Of a stretch of DNA of 64,000 nt, positions 45,684 to 57,412 are shown in pieces. Under the pieces are notes generated by a model. That model made no database searches. It had not been told where the DNA came from and saw nothing but the letters and a program-made list of their open reading frames with translations. The position numbers and the translations under genes were made by a program. This DNA comes from Takakia lepidozioides (lineage: Eukaryota > Plantae > Bryophyta): assembly GCA_030704615.1 (NCBI GenBank), contig CM060731.1, positions 49,972,001 through 50,036,000 of the forward strand, in the 5' to 3' direction. The first letter of the stretch is position 1, and each line of letters begins with the position of its first letter.

Positions 45684-46097
45684 TCAACCTCGCAACCTCT
45701 GGTAAGACAGAAAGCTTTGTTGTGGAGGCGGGTTCATGATTGGACGGCCACTAGTCCAGGAATCTGGCCCAAAACTCCGAAAGTGGATCTCCCGATACTC
45801 TTGACAGATGGCACAAGGCCAACAAAACAGGTGGATCAGAGAGTCTGGCACTGGACCCCTGGATATGTTGTACTTAGACCGCAGTTTCTTCCGATACCCA
45901 CACGAGTACAAGCATCCTAGTGCAGTGGTCTGCTGGAGTAACCACCATACCAGTGCTGCAGTCAAGCAGGAGGTGTTGCCCTCATCCAAAGCTTCTGCGT
46001 TTCTTCCAAATGCGATGCATGGACAGAGACAAGTTAATAAACATATAGGAACATCGGCACAGCACTCAAAGAGACCAGTGCTCCATATCGGTTGATT
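45684..46097 (-). CDS. PLAC8 / FW2.2-CNR-PCR family Cys-rich protein, exon 2
   Basis: WSTGLFECC...CLLTCLCPCIAFG...YSCGYRKKLRSKYNI...HLFCWPCAICQEYRE; preceded by a CAG acceptor; stop at 45684. Confidence 0.9.
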   Translation of the reverse strand, partial: NQPIWSTGLFECCADVPICLLTCLCPCIAFGRNAEALDEGNTSCLTAALVWWLLQQTTALGCLYSCGYRKKLRSKYNISRGPVPDSLIHLFCWPCAICQEYREIHFRSFGPDSWTSGRPIMNPPPQQSFLSYQRLRG

Positions 46098-46691
46098 CTG
46101 CCAGCAACAACCATATAAAGTCTTCATCAACACAACAGCAATTTGAAGCTCTTCAAGTGTAAGCAAGAATGACCCAACTCCTCAGTTAGTGCAATTCCAC
46201 AAATTGCTTACACTACCTGCAGTGCTCCAGGATTGACACCAACCTAGAAAGAGTCCGCTGTGACAGCCAGCTTACCAGCCTATGTTTCATGGTATCTGTG
46301 CTAGAGCATAAAAACATTCCAGTTAGCCCAGATCAACAAGATTATTTTCAGTCAAGCACTTAGGGTTCTTCTTATCATGTTTTCTTTCTGCTGTTGTTTT
46401 CTGACAAAGTGATAACGAGCCTCCTTAGAGTCAGGAAAAGGAACACAGCAATCAGATTCTAAGGAAAACAACTGCCCTAATGTACCGCCCCCCCAATCGA
46501 TTACTTTGATTGAAAGATAAGCAAGCGCATATTGGAAACAATTACTCCTCAAAATGCCTCTATTCCTCTCCACTCTGAAACTTAAGCCTGAAGGCTACCA
46601 AGAGTTCTCGAGACAAACGACATCCCATGAATTATAATGTAAAGTCAAATCAAAGCTGCTAGCGATTTACCCTCCAGATAAATTACTGTAC

Positions 46692-47000
46692 CTGCCACAC
46701 AGGAATTCCGTACGCTGGGGGCGACGGCTGCCCAAACTGTTGGAAAGACCCATAACCCTGTTGCGGGAAATACCCATATTGTCCCCCACTTCCGCGATCC
46801 AACAGCCCTGAATTAACAGAGGGGTATGCAGATCTCGTATCATCAGATGAACGCCCCTTTCCTTCATGGGATGATACCGGAACTTGATAGGCAGCACCGG
46901 ATAGCGCTCCCGAGCTCGACCCACCTAAGGATTCGGTCCCCGGCAATGGCGGCACCGACGGTGCATACGGACCTCCATAAGGGACGGATGCAGCAGTCAT
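46692..47000 (-). CDS. PLAC8 family gene, predicted exon 1 (Pro/Gly/Tyr-rich N-terminus)
   Basis: ATG at 47000 (MTAASVPYGG..PPAYGIPVWQ), CAG|GTACAG donor at 46691, phase-0 join to exon 2 (~240 aa total). Start codon inferred. Confidence 0.7.
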
Positions 47001-47299
47001 GGCGGAGACTGCTGCTGGATAATGCGCGCAACAGCAAGAATCTCCAAACAAGGCGTTGGTGGAACTGGAGATGGTGTGACAACCTTGCCACTCACTCTGG
47101 TACTGATGCCCTCTACACAGCCCCCTCCCCTCCCAGGCGATGCATGTACCACTCGAACCACTCTGAAATGCAAGCAAATCAGTCTCACTGTGGATCCGAC
47201 TGAAGCCCGATCCTCTCTGCCTCCTCCTTCCTCTCCTCCCCGCACGCACCTCTGCCCACCGCGCTCTCGTCCTCGCCCACGGGGGCCACCCCCACATCC

Positions 47300-47432
47300 T
47301 CTCCTCCCTCCCCCTCTCCCTCCCTCTCCCTCTCCTTCTCTTCTCTCTCTCCCTCTCCCTGTCCCTCCCTCCTTCTCTCCACCTCTCCCTCTCCCTCTCC
47401 TTCCTGTCCCTCTCCCTCTCTCTCCTTCCCTT
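47300..47432. repeat. CT/GA-rich low-complexity tract upstream of the PLAC8 start
   Basis: ccctct repeats; typical of plant 5' UTR/promoter GAGA tracts. Confidence 0.7.
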
Positions 47433-48496
47433 CACCGGGACGGTTGCATCCCTCATCGTCCAGCTGGACGGTATAGGAGATCACACGTGTCAGTCTGCTG
47501 TCCCATGGTAGGCCCGGCCCAGATATGGGGTAGCTACCCAGGTTCCCGTTTTCTGGGAGTACAAAAGGGACGTCCGGGAGACCGACAGTAACGGCCGGGA
47601 GTCGCAGTCAGCAAATGCCTTTGCAGTAAGTAATTTAGGTTTTGGAAAAGTGCGGGACTGAGTCAACCCAGCCTGTGGGGGGCCGGAGTCGCAAGTTCCC
47701 TTTTTTGTCATTTCTGCATAGGCCATTCTTTTATTGGCCATTTATCGCCAAATTGCGACCTCTAAAAACTAAATGGAATATTCTGTCACAAATTCCCTGT
47801 TTTTTCATGGATGAAATTGCCAAAGTTCTCCAAATAAAAAATAAATTATGGATGAATTCGCCAAATATGGATGATATAAATGGATGAAAGTACAGAGATG
47901 GATGAATATTTTAGTGGATGAACAGGATGTAAGGCTATTTTTTGCAAGAAGCCAAATCAAGCCCAATCTGACCATGGAAACAGCCTCGAAATGCGCAAAA
48001 ATATAGATCATTAGCATACACAATAACAGAGAAACATTGAATTCAAATACTTTGGGTGGAAGTCTATTATTTAATCAATTGCCACGAATTAGATAATGTC
48101 ACATATGATGAGTTGGATCTTGCCACGTATCAATCTTGGACGATTGGTCATAGTTAGATATTACATTTCTTTTTTCTTTTTTAAAGAAAGGGGTCGTAAC
48201 AAGTGTTGGGCTGGTTGTCGTGCGCATACGTAACGCAACACAACTACATCGCTGTCCAAACCACACCACACATATATGCACAATAAAGTAGTCTACCACA
48301 ATCGCCCCCATAGCTGGTGGTTAGGTCCCTCTACCTCCAGATAGCTACAAGATGTAATAGCCGGGTACAAGTGTAGCCCCATCGTTAGTCGCCGTCATGC
48401 AATCTGTGAACTTGAGCCAAGATCTCGTGTGTTCAAGGTCTCCTAGTAGCTGGGCCTTGCGTTTCTTGTTAGCCTTCCATGGTGTATCCACTTTCA

Positions 48497-48799
48497 CTAT
48501 CCAATGCAATGTGGACATAACCAATCCCCATCCGGAACCATCTCAAGAGGTGGTGTCAAGCATCCCATATGCCAACCTCGAGAACATCGATCACACACCA
48601 GCATGGTGGCTGCCCCTCTAGCAGACCCACACAACATGCACCTCAAACCTGCAGATACCACTGCCAGGTTTGGGTCAATCCTGCCATAAACATTCGGAAG
48701 GTGACATGGCGCACAATTACGCACATGGTCCTTCCAAGTTATGTCATCCCGACCCTCCAAGACCAAGACGCCTGAGGGCAAGACCTCTCGAACCCTCAA
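48497..48799 (-). pseudogene. Integrase C-terminal region with PHD finger
   Basis: CMLC-x11-CDRC-x4-H-x2-C...PDGDWLCPHC: C4HC3 PHD consensus. Separated from the integrase by one in-frame stop. Confidence 0.9.
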
Positions 48800-48808
48800 A
48801 ATAACACG

Positions 48809-51479
48809 TCATGCAGTCACATCCAGGGTCGTAGGAGCAGTCTGCTGCAGATAGACATAGTCACCAGGGTTGAATCTCCGAACCCCAGGACGATAGCCCC
48901 CACCACGTATGGTAGCATACGTCAACGTATCACGGTGTTGGGCAATGGCAAGGTTCTCGAAAGCCATGGGCATGACTCTCTTGAACAACTCTGCACGCTG
49001 CTCACATGCACGTGCCCACACGTCCGGATCGTCAATGTTAAGAACTGTAGCAGCTTTTCTGCGAATGGATGTAGGCAAATCCGGCTCTCGGCCAAAGAGA
49101 AGAAAGTATGGTGAGAAGGAAGCAAGTGATGCTTGCTTGCTGAACCTGTAGCCCATGGCTAACCAGGGTAACTGAAGGTCCCAATCTCTTAGGTGTCCCT
49201 TTTGCAAGCCATACTTGCGCAAACCCCTCTTTACTGTCTGAACAACTCTCTCTGCCAAGCCATCGGCCTCAGGATGATCCCGAGAAGTGGTGCGGTGGTC
49301 TATCAAGGCATTGTCACAGAAACTCCCCCAAGAACTCTCTCCCTTGGTCCGTGAGTACCTCAGCTGGAGCACCGAATCGGCTAAACACACAATCCAAGAA
49401 TGCATATGCAACTCCCTCACTAGCCTTATCAGGCAATGGAACCAATTCAATCCACTTGGAGAAGTGCTCCACCATCACCAACACGTACTTGTTGTGGCGC
49501 ATGGTCAATGGCAACGGCCCTGCGAAGTCAAGACTCCACCTGTAGCCCAATCCCATGATCGGAAGAGGGTGCAATTGTGGAGTAGGGGCGTTGAATGAAG
49601 CACGCACCCTGTCACACACCATGCACCTAGCCACAAATTGTTGCACCTCTATGTGCATACCACGCCACCAATACTGCCCCTGCAGTAGACTATGAGTGCG
49701 TCGCATCCCAAAATGCCCCAACTCCTCATGGGCATGCCGCACTAACCGTGCCCGCTGTGTTGGGTGAGGCACAATCCTCATTCGACCATCCTCCCACACT
49801 CGGAGCAGGTGTGTCCCCTCCCACTTGAACCTCTTGGCTCGTTGTAGGATCCGATCTCTCTCATTGGCAGTCACAGTGGCTGCAGTGTCTCCAGTGCGGA
49901 GGTAGTCCAACACAACTGAATCCTCATGTATATCTTTGGCGCCACCTTGTTCATTGCTGGCCTCAGGGTCCTCAGACACTTGATCTACAGTCATCCCTGT
50001 TGCAGGTCCAACCTGGCCTTCCGCTGCCAAGATACACAGAAATGCAGATGCATGCCATCCAGGCACCATCTCCTCGTCCGTCTCACCATGCCACCGAGCT
50101 CCAGTATCATCCTGCTGGCTCGTGCATGGATTGCGACTCAACCCATTTGCATTGCGATTGACCAAACCCGGTCGATGCACCACTTGAAAGTCATACTCTT
50201 GAAGGATGAGTGCCCACCGTGCAAGCTTCCCCGTAAGCTTGTCTGACTCCATCAACCACTTGAGTGGTTGGTGATCCGTGACAAGGGTGAAGAGATTGCC
50301 GTATAGATAACACCTGAAGTGTGCCACGGCCCACACTGCAGCTAAGCATTCTCCCTCATATGAGCTATACTTAGACTCTGCAGCATTGTTCGAGCGGCTA
50401 GCATAAGCCACTACGAACTCTCTTCCCTCATCATCCACCTGTGTGAGCACCGCTCCAAGCCCCAGCATGCTCCAATCTGTATGTAGCTGAAAAGGACGCC
50501 CCCTAATAGGTCGTCTCAAGATGGGCGTCGAGGTCAACCTCGCCTTGAGCTCTTGAAAAGCTTGTTCTTGCTCATCTTCCCACTGCCACTCCTGGTCCAC
50601 CTTGGTCAGCTTGGTTAGAGCCTTTGCAATGGCACTAAATCCCTTAACAAACCGTCTGTAATAGTTTGCTAACCCCATGAAAGCTCGAACTCGGCTCACA
50701 TCCGTGGGGCGTGGAACCTGTGCAATGGACTCTACCTTAGTCTGCTGTATCCCCAATCCTCCAGGATATATCATGTGACCCAGATACTCAATTTGGTTGT
50801 GGAAAAACTTGCACTTGCCCGGATGTAACTTCAATCCGTGCGTCCTCAAGCGCTCAAATACCCCTTGAGGGTGTCTCTCATGCTCCTCCACCGTAGCACT
50901 AAAGATGATGATGTCATCTATATAGCACCGAGCAAACTCCACCCCTGCTAGAATCCTGTCCATGACTCTTTGAAACTCAGCGGGAGCGTTTTTAAGCCCA
51001 AATGGTAAGAACCGCCACTGGTATAGGCAATCCTTCCCGTGCTCATTGATCCCCCAGAATGCCGTCTTTTGCTTATCCGCCTCTTTGATCGGCAACTGGT
51101 GATATCCGGATCGTAAATCCAAAGTGCTAAAGACCTTGGCATGCCCAATGGCATCAAAGATCTCCTCTGGTGTGGGCATGGCATACCTATCGGACTTGGT
51201 CTGACGATTTACAGGCCGGTAATCACCGCACATACGTCTCTCCGTCCAATTGCCATAGACATCCTTCTTGGCTGGCATCACTGTGGCTGAAGCATACTCT
51301 CCACCAGAGAGCTCCACCAAACCTGCCTCCCAGAGATCTTGAGTCCTCATCTGAATCAAAGACCTCTCCATGTCACTGTATCTATAGGGTCTCCGAAAGA
51401 TTGGCGTGTCAGTGGCCAACTCAATACGGATCTTTGACCCTTCAGTGCTCCCAAGTCCTTCAAACTGAAGGCAAAGCAA
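48809..51479 (-). pseudogene. Gypsy RT, RNase H and integrase (one frameshift near 49315)
   Basis: RMCGDYRPVN, LDLRSGYHQ, LPFGLKNAPAEFQR, YIDD, HTDWS, YSSYEGECLA, TDHQPL, HEELGHFG..CMVC, WSLDFAGP, TDQGREF, HPEADGLAER. Confidence 0.95.
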
Positions 51480-51622
51480 TTCCTGTAAGCCCTCAGGAAC
51501 CGCCGTATACGTCGTCTCTCTCCTCCGGTGACAATGGGTCCAATGTCAGGCTCCCAATTGTCCTCTGTAACTGCAACCTTAAGTCCAGTGGGCTTAGAGG
51601 TAGAGGACGCGTCCCGTGGTTG

Positions 51623-53620
51623 CTATGCTGCAACCTCTTGAGCAGTACTCCCTTCCTGCTCAGTCAATGACAAGGCCTCATCCTGCCCCATCATCTCATC
51701 ATTGAGAACCTCCTCAACCCGAGAAGAATCCCCAACCTCATCCATCACAGCGGCCTTGGCTGCCAACTCCCTCTGAACCTCGAGCACCTCCCACGTGTGC
51801 CATGGATGTCTATACCCCGTGGTCCTCACCGGCTCGCCCCCACTCGCTGCCTGTACCGTCTCGGTAGGCAGAGAGACCGTCAAGGGAAGTGCACTCCGCA
51901 CTCTACGTTGCTCAGCCATAGCCAAGCTGATAATCCAGGTCAAGCAATTGAGATCCATTGCTTGCCCCAACACCTGACGACGTGATGCCTCAGAAAGAGA
52001 AGGCACCGCCGTGGTCCCAATGGAAAACCCCATAGCCCGCTCTCGCTCGTCGGCATTGGGCTCCACTAACTGCTGCAACTGAGCATCCCACAGGAGGCCA
52101 GGTCCACCATCCCGAAAAGCATGGGATCCTGGGAAGCTGAGCAGTGTAGGTAATGTTGTTCGTGGTTGACCCACCCTGTTGACCACTGCCAAAGGCGAAC
52201 GGTCGTGGTGTCTCACACGTTGAGACTGCCTCCCTGTGTCCAAAATGCTATCCACTGTGAGGTGTGCTGGCCGCTCCACCCCATCAAATGCACGCTTGAG
52301 CAGTGCGGGTGGCATCAAGTTAGTCCACCATAGCCGTGGACGATGAGCCCGTGACCCCACTGCAGCTGCATCCAGCAACACTGCTGACCCAAGCCACGAC
52401 CGGACTTGATGCACACTGGCCATTACCCTGGCCCGAGAATCACCCATCAGTGGCACATTCTCCAAGATGTATGTGGGAGATACAGCTTGATGAAGCTGCA
52501 AGTAGCGCAAAATCCGCACCATCTCCCAAAACAGACCCGTCCTCGAGTCCCGCAATCCATTGCCATGCCCGGCTGATGAATACCCTTGGCAGGGCCAACC
52601 TGCCACTACCATATCAATGGAGCCAACCTGCACCCCCAGCAACGCAATGTCTGCTGGCAAGGCTTGCTGATATCCACGAACTGCAGACACCGGCAACAAC
52701 TCAGGGTACTGCCGCACCATCTGAGCAACATGGCGCAGTGAGACGCGTCGTGCAGTCTCATCCCTCTCCATATACAGGTAACGTCGAACTCGTACACCTG
52801 CCTGCAGCACTGCAGCCAATCCAGTGCTGATCCCGCCAAACAAGTCCAGAAGGCATATGCCTTCATCCGGGCACTGCCACACAAGAGGTGTGGTGTCCAA
52901 TGGCGACAACTGAGGGGGTCCTGGTGCAATCACCGCACTCTCCTCCTCTCTTGACGGTACAAAAGCGTCCACCCAAGCTTGTTGCACCCGTCTATCAGCA
53001 GCCTGCTGCAAATCCTTGCTCGTACCCCACAATGGAGTGTGAGCAACCATGGCAGGCAACTCCGCCGTACCATGCATGTCATCCTGCTCTGCTGGAGGTG
53101 GCACATCCTTTGCATGGGCATTGCCTTCCAGCAACTCTCCAGGCCAACTAACTGCAGCTGTAAAGGCGGTTAGTGTTGGCATCTTGCCCCGCTGGGCAAC
53201 CGCAATATCCCCAATGAATGTCACAGGGAGCTGTGCACGGCGACCATCCCCTGACTGCCATCCAGGCCTGTAGGATGCTGACTCCTCCCAAAAGTCCAGG
53301 GTAAAGCCCATGGGGTATAACACTGCCCCACCAACGAGAACATCGTAAGAGACCGCGTCTGTCACAATGGCCTTGGCTCGCATCACTGAGCCATCGATAG
53401 GATGATCCGGCTGCAGTCTAATGGCCAACTGATGCCGTGTCATGCCCCGAGCCTGCTCTGATCCTCCCAAAGATGTCTGTATCTGGAAAGGGCAAGGCTC
53501 CATATCCGCCTCCATGAGGCCCAAACCTGCAATAGCAGCTCTGCCCAACATCAGTGGCTGAGCTCCTGAGTCCAACAAGACCCAAAGTGGCCGGTACTTC
53601 TTGCCTGCCGGTCCATTCAA
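51623..53620 (-). CDS. Aspartic protease fused to a DNMT3-like C5-cytosine DNA methyltransferase
   Basis: Protease VLLDSGA (~53570). MTase ~52858-51925: motif I LDLFGGISTG, II YMERD, IV AGWPCQGYS, VI ILENV, VIII AHRPRLWWTN, IX ERERAMGF, X RRQVLGQAM. One uninterrupted 665-aa frame. Confidence 0.92.
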   Translation of the reverse strand: MNGPAGKKYRPLWVLLDSGAQPLMLGRAAIAGLGLMEADMEPCPFQIQTSLGGSEQARGMTRHQLAIRLQPDHPIDGSVMRAKAIVTDAVSYDVLVGGAVLYPMGFTLDFWEESASYRPGWQSGDGRRAQLPVTFIGDIAVAQRGKMPTLTAFTAAVSWPGELLEGNAHAKDVPPPAEQDDMHGTAELPAMVAHTPLWGTSKDLQQAADRRVQQAWVDAFVPSREEESAVIAPGPPQLSPLDTTPLVWQCPDEGICLLDLFGGISTGLAAVLQAGVRVRRYLYMERDETARRVSLRHVAQMVRQYPELLPVSAVRGYQQALPADIALLGVQVGSIDMVVAGWPCQGYSSAGHGNGLRDSRTGLFWEMVRILRYLQLHQAVSPTYILENVPLMGDSRARVMASVHQVRSWLGSAVLLDAAAVGSRAHRPRLWWTNLMPPALLKRAFDGVERPAHLTVDSILDTGRQSQRVRHHDRSPLAVVNRVGQPRTTLPTLLSFPGSHAFRDGGPGLLWDAQLQQLVEPNADERERAMGFSIGTTAVPSLSEASRRQVLGQAMDLNCLTWIISLAMAEQRRVRSALPLTVSLPTETVQAASGGEPVRTTGYRHPWHTWEVLEVQRELAAKAAVMDEVGDSSRVEEVLNDEMMGQDEALSLTEQEGSTAQEVAA

Positions 53621-53757
53621 AGTGAAAATGCCTCCCTAGTTGTCTAACAAGAGAACTCCAGGTGTCACCATGGCGCGCTCAAAGGCTGGCCTAGCTGACA
53701 GCTCCGTCAACCTGGCAGCTGCAGCTTGCCATGGCGCAGCCGTGGCAGTCTTGACCC

Positions 53758-55797
53758 TCAAATCCGAGGATCCTCTGCCACTACACTTTCCACTAACTTC
53801 GCAGAAGATGAAGTGACATCCCCACTCTCACAGAGTGTTGCTGCTAGTCTGAACACTGCAGCTGGTCTCACCCCCGGCGTCGCAATCATTGTTGCCGAGA
53901 ACAGTGGGGCCTGACACACAGAGGTGGCTGCCCCCAACAACACACTGGCTGCACTAGCCTTGGCAGCAGGTGTCAGTGTTGCACGTGTAGCTCTCCCCAA
54001 TGGCATAGAAACCTCCGCCTCAGTAACAGTCGGGCAAGAACTAGGTGCCATGGATGGCGTTGACACTGTCTCCGCCAAGGTGAATGACTGAGGCAGCCTC
54101 GCCTGACGGCTTGCCTCCCCACATTGTGGATCCAACTCCACCTCTGCACCTCGTGGCTCAGGAACTCGTGCTGCTCCTCGAGTCACGGCTGCAGCAGACT
54201 CCACCTGCTCTAGTGGTAGTGCTGCTCCGCACATGAATCCCATGCCTCCCATATCTCCTCCCTCAGGAGCAGGAGGTGGACCATCCCGCCTGGGAGCCGG
54301 TACCGCCTGAGCTATAGCCATGGCAGCGAGCCTCTGCTCTAGCTGCTGAAGCCGATTGGCCATGCCTTGATCAACACCCTGACCTCCGCGTCCTTAGCCA
54401 TGTTGAGCTTGGCCTTGGCCTGCACCTCGTGCCCGACCACCTCGTCCTCTCTGGGCTGGTCCACCTCGCCCCCGGCCACCATTGTTCCCTTGGAACTGGC
54501 CTGGGCGCAACTCAGGATGCAAGTCATAACACTGGGCATCTCCATGCCCATACTTGCCACAATGCCCACACTGCAACTGTGCAGGTTGTGCTTGTGCCGG
54601 CCTTCTGCCATTCTCTGGGCAATCTCTCTTGACATAGGATCCTCCACATGTCCAACATATCACCCCTGGTTGTTGTTGGCCTGCAAAAGACACCACGGGC
54701 CTCTGCACCTGAGGTCCCCTATAAGCTCCATGGAACTTGGGCTGGGCAACCTTGCCCCCCTGACCACGTTGTTGGGCAGTCCCTTGTGCCTGTGGGCTGG
54801 CAGGTGCGCCTCGTGCAGGCATGTCCTTGCCAAATCCAATGGTAACAACTCACTCCTCCACCATGTTGAGCTCAATCCGCTCAACCAGCAGAAACACATC
54901 TGCTTATGTGGGTTGGGCTGCTTGTAACAGGGTTGCATCTCGCACCCTTCTCTTGAGCTCCTTGTCCAGAATTCCATACCAAAACTGGATTGCCTGAGCT
55001 TCAGTAACCCCTTGGGTCACACTTATCAAGCGCCTCATACGAGTGTACGCCTCTCGCAGGCTCTCACTGGGTTTACGCTGGAAGTCTTGCAAACTTCGCA
55101 ATTTCTCAGTCCGTACACCTTGGTAATTCCTCCGCAACTCCTGGAAGAACTCCACCACCGGGCTGAATCTAGGCACATATGTTGTAGTCGTGGGAGGATG
55201 AGTAGTAGCACCTTCTGCAGAAGTACTGGCACCACTTGTTCCACTACTAGTGCTAGTCGTGGGAGGTATTGGTGCTGATGCCGCCACTGGTCGCGTTGTT
55301 CCTCGAGTAATGGAGACGTAGTCAGGTGACCAATACATCCTCCACTCCTCAATTTCTGCTTCATGTCCTCGCCTGAACTCGTGGTAATTGTCCATAGGCG
55401 GGCCTTCCAAATGCTGGAACAGTCCCTTCCACGCCATGAATGGGATGAATAGCTGTGGATTGCGCATCTGCTGCAAATCACACCAGTTGTCAAACTCCTG
55501 GATAAAGTCATCCAACTCGATTGTGCCCACAGCTCCAGAGTACCTACGAGGCCCCTTGGTAGCTCCATACATCTCCTCCATGTCGTCCCACAACAATGGC
55601 GAATGAAACTGAACACCTGTTGATGAAGCCTCCGAGTCTGTGTCTGACTCTACAGTAGTTGAGGGTGGAGGTGAAGGTGGTCTGAACCGAATACCTCGTC
55701 TTGTGAACCCACTCTCACTGTTACTGCCTGTAGCCGTACTCCCCTCAAAACCCTTGGGTAACTCCGTGATGACACTCACAATGTGCACCTCTTCCAC
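53758..55797 (-). pseudogene. Gag of the DNMT-bearing gypsy (frameshifted)
   Basis: YSGAVGTIELDDF, FQRKPSESLREAYTRM, FWYGILDKEL; knuckles CWTCGGSYVKRDC and CGHCGKYGHGDAQC. Confidence 0.8.
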
Positions 55798-56317
55798 GTG
55801 ATACTATAGGGCTCTAGTACTAATTCTAATAGTGACACGGGTGGGCACCTGTTGCAGTTTAAGGGTCAGATTCCAATGGCTCAGGGCACCTGCACCTGCA
55901 TCCACCGCAAGAACTCCTATGGTTGGCTGGTCATCAACCCAGCCTCACCATAGAAGAAACACTGGTGGTCTTGCTGGTCATCACTCCAGTCTCACCACCG
56001 ACAGCATACTCTAGGATTGACCGGTGATCAAATCCGGCCTAATCCCTATGAAAGCAAACGCCCACACAAAACCAACATGGCGCACAGTCAAGCATGCATG
56101 TGTTGGGGGGGATCCAAACGCAAGAAATCAAAACATCAACACCCCCACACCAAAATCCAGCTGCAATGCTGATCCTGCAGAATAGCCCAGCCCAAAACCC
56201 TGGACTGACTGGCCTCCACCAAGAGAGGCTTTGGCAACTACAAGTACAAGGTAATGAAAATAGTACAGAGATGGAGGGGAAGAATAGGAGCCCGACCAAG
56301 CAAGATCTAATCCTGAT

Positions 56318-57067
56318 CTATGCTATCAACTGCCAGACTTCTCTCAAAGTGCCTCGCTCTGCATGATGGTAAGGTGTAGGAGGTATATCTATGTCCAGAA
56401 ACCTGCCACTAACCTTGTCCCAAGCTACAGTAGCTCGCTCTAACCAACCCTCCTCCTCTTTCTGCCAGGTAGAGACAAAGCAATACTCCCCTATCTCCCG
56501 CTCACTGAACACTAAAGAAAACAAAGGTAGGGTCTGATAGTCTCTCAACTCGAAAGCTTTGAGACGGTTGCGGGTGTCCTCATTGCGAATGACTGCATCT
56601 CCTTCACGCACAACAAACATATCATTGCTAATGAACCCCTGCTCGTGGTAGCCCTGTGCAGAGCGTATCCGGCTGCAACCATGTCTGATTGCACAAACTT
56701 GTGTAGCTCCTGCTCCTCTGCTCCAGTACACCACGGCCTTGTGGCTGAACACCTTGGTCCCCGGGGCTGTCTTTGGCTGTGTTCCAAGCCTAGCTTTCAC
56801 CCACTTTGGTATTTCACCTACAGCTGCAGAACTGCTGGCTCCAATAGAGTTCTGACTGTCCAAGGCGATATTGAGGCTCTCAATGCCAACTACAGTAGTC
56901 TGTTGTCTACTGCTAATGCCTGACTCCCAGTATGCAATCAACTCGTCTAACTGTTCTCCACTCAAATCAGTCTGAGTTCCTTGGGAAACATAAATCTTGT
57001 CCCCTTGTGTGCACAGGCTAAGAGATGAGACCTGCCCTTCAATTACGTCCTCATTTTCCCCAGCCAT
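56318..57067 (-). CDS. Hypothetical 249-aa ORF upstream of gag in the DNMT-bearing element
   Basis: Open ATG-initiated ORF, same strand as gag, between the putative PBS and gag. No motif recognised. Confidence 0.5.
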   Translation of the reverse strand: MAGENEDVIEGQVSSLSLCTQGDKIYVSQGTQTDLSGEQLDELIAYWESGISSRQQTTVVGIESLNIALDSQNSIGASSSAAVGEIPKWVKARLGTQPKTAPGTKVFSHKAVVYWSRGAGATQVCAIRHGCSRIRSAQGYHEQGFISNDMFVVREGDAVIRNEDTRNRLKAFELRDYQTLPLFSLVFSEREIGEYCFVSTWQKEEEGWLERATVAWDKVSGRFLDIDIPPTPYHHAERGTLREVWQLIA

Positions 57068-57412
57068 ACAAGGAGTACATCCCCAGATTTATCTCTCATG
57101 TAGACCAGAACAGGTTCTAGAAACAGGATTGTGGGTCTTTCATGGCACACTCACACTCTAAAAATTCCATAGATTTCTAGCAGAGTCCCAAAAACAAAAA
57201 CCAGGTCTAAATAGGTAGATATCCCATTTCTGCAGCTATCCCCTCAAAAACTGAGTCAAACGGAGCTCATTTGACAAAGATATGACCAACCAGGCTCTTT
57301 AAACATAACACCAATTTTTTTTTATTTTTTTTTATTTTTTATTTTTTTTAACACCAAAACGTTCTCGCCATTACAACCTGTTCCCAGGTTATCTACGGGT
57401 TCCCGAGGCCGT

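Noticed and set aside
47001-47591. R/E-rich N-terminus of ORF 46683-47456 and the Pro-rich ORF 47022-47591
   Set aside because: Produced by the CT/GA microsatellite tract; likely UTR/promoter.
48097-48201. TGTCACA...GTAACA as a mini solo LTR
   Set aside because: No TSD and no second copy in the window.
51925-52858. MTase as a bacterial restriction-modification gene or contaminant
   Set aside because: In frame with a retroviral-type protease, embedded between gag and RT, with DNMT3-like motifs and no neighbouring endonuclease.
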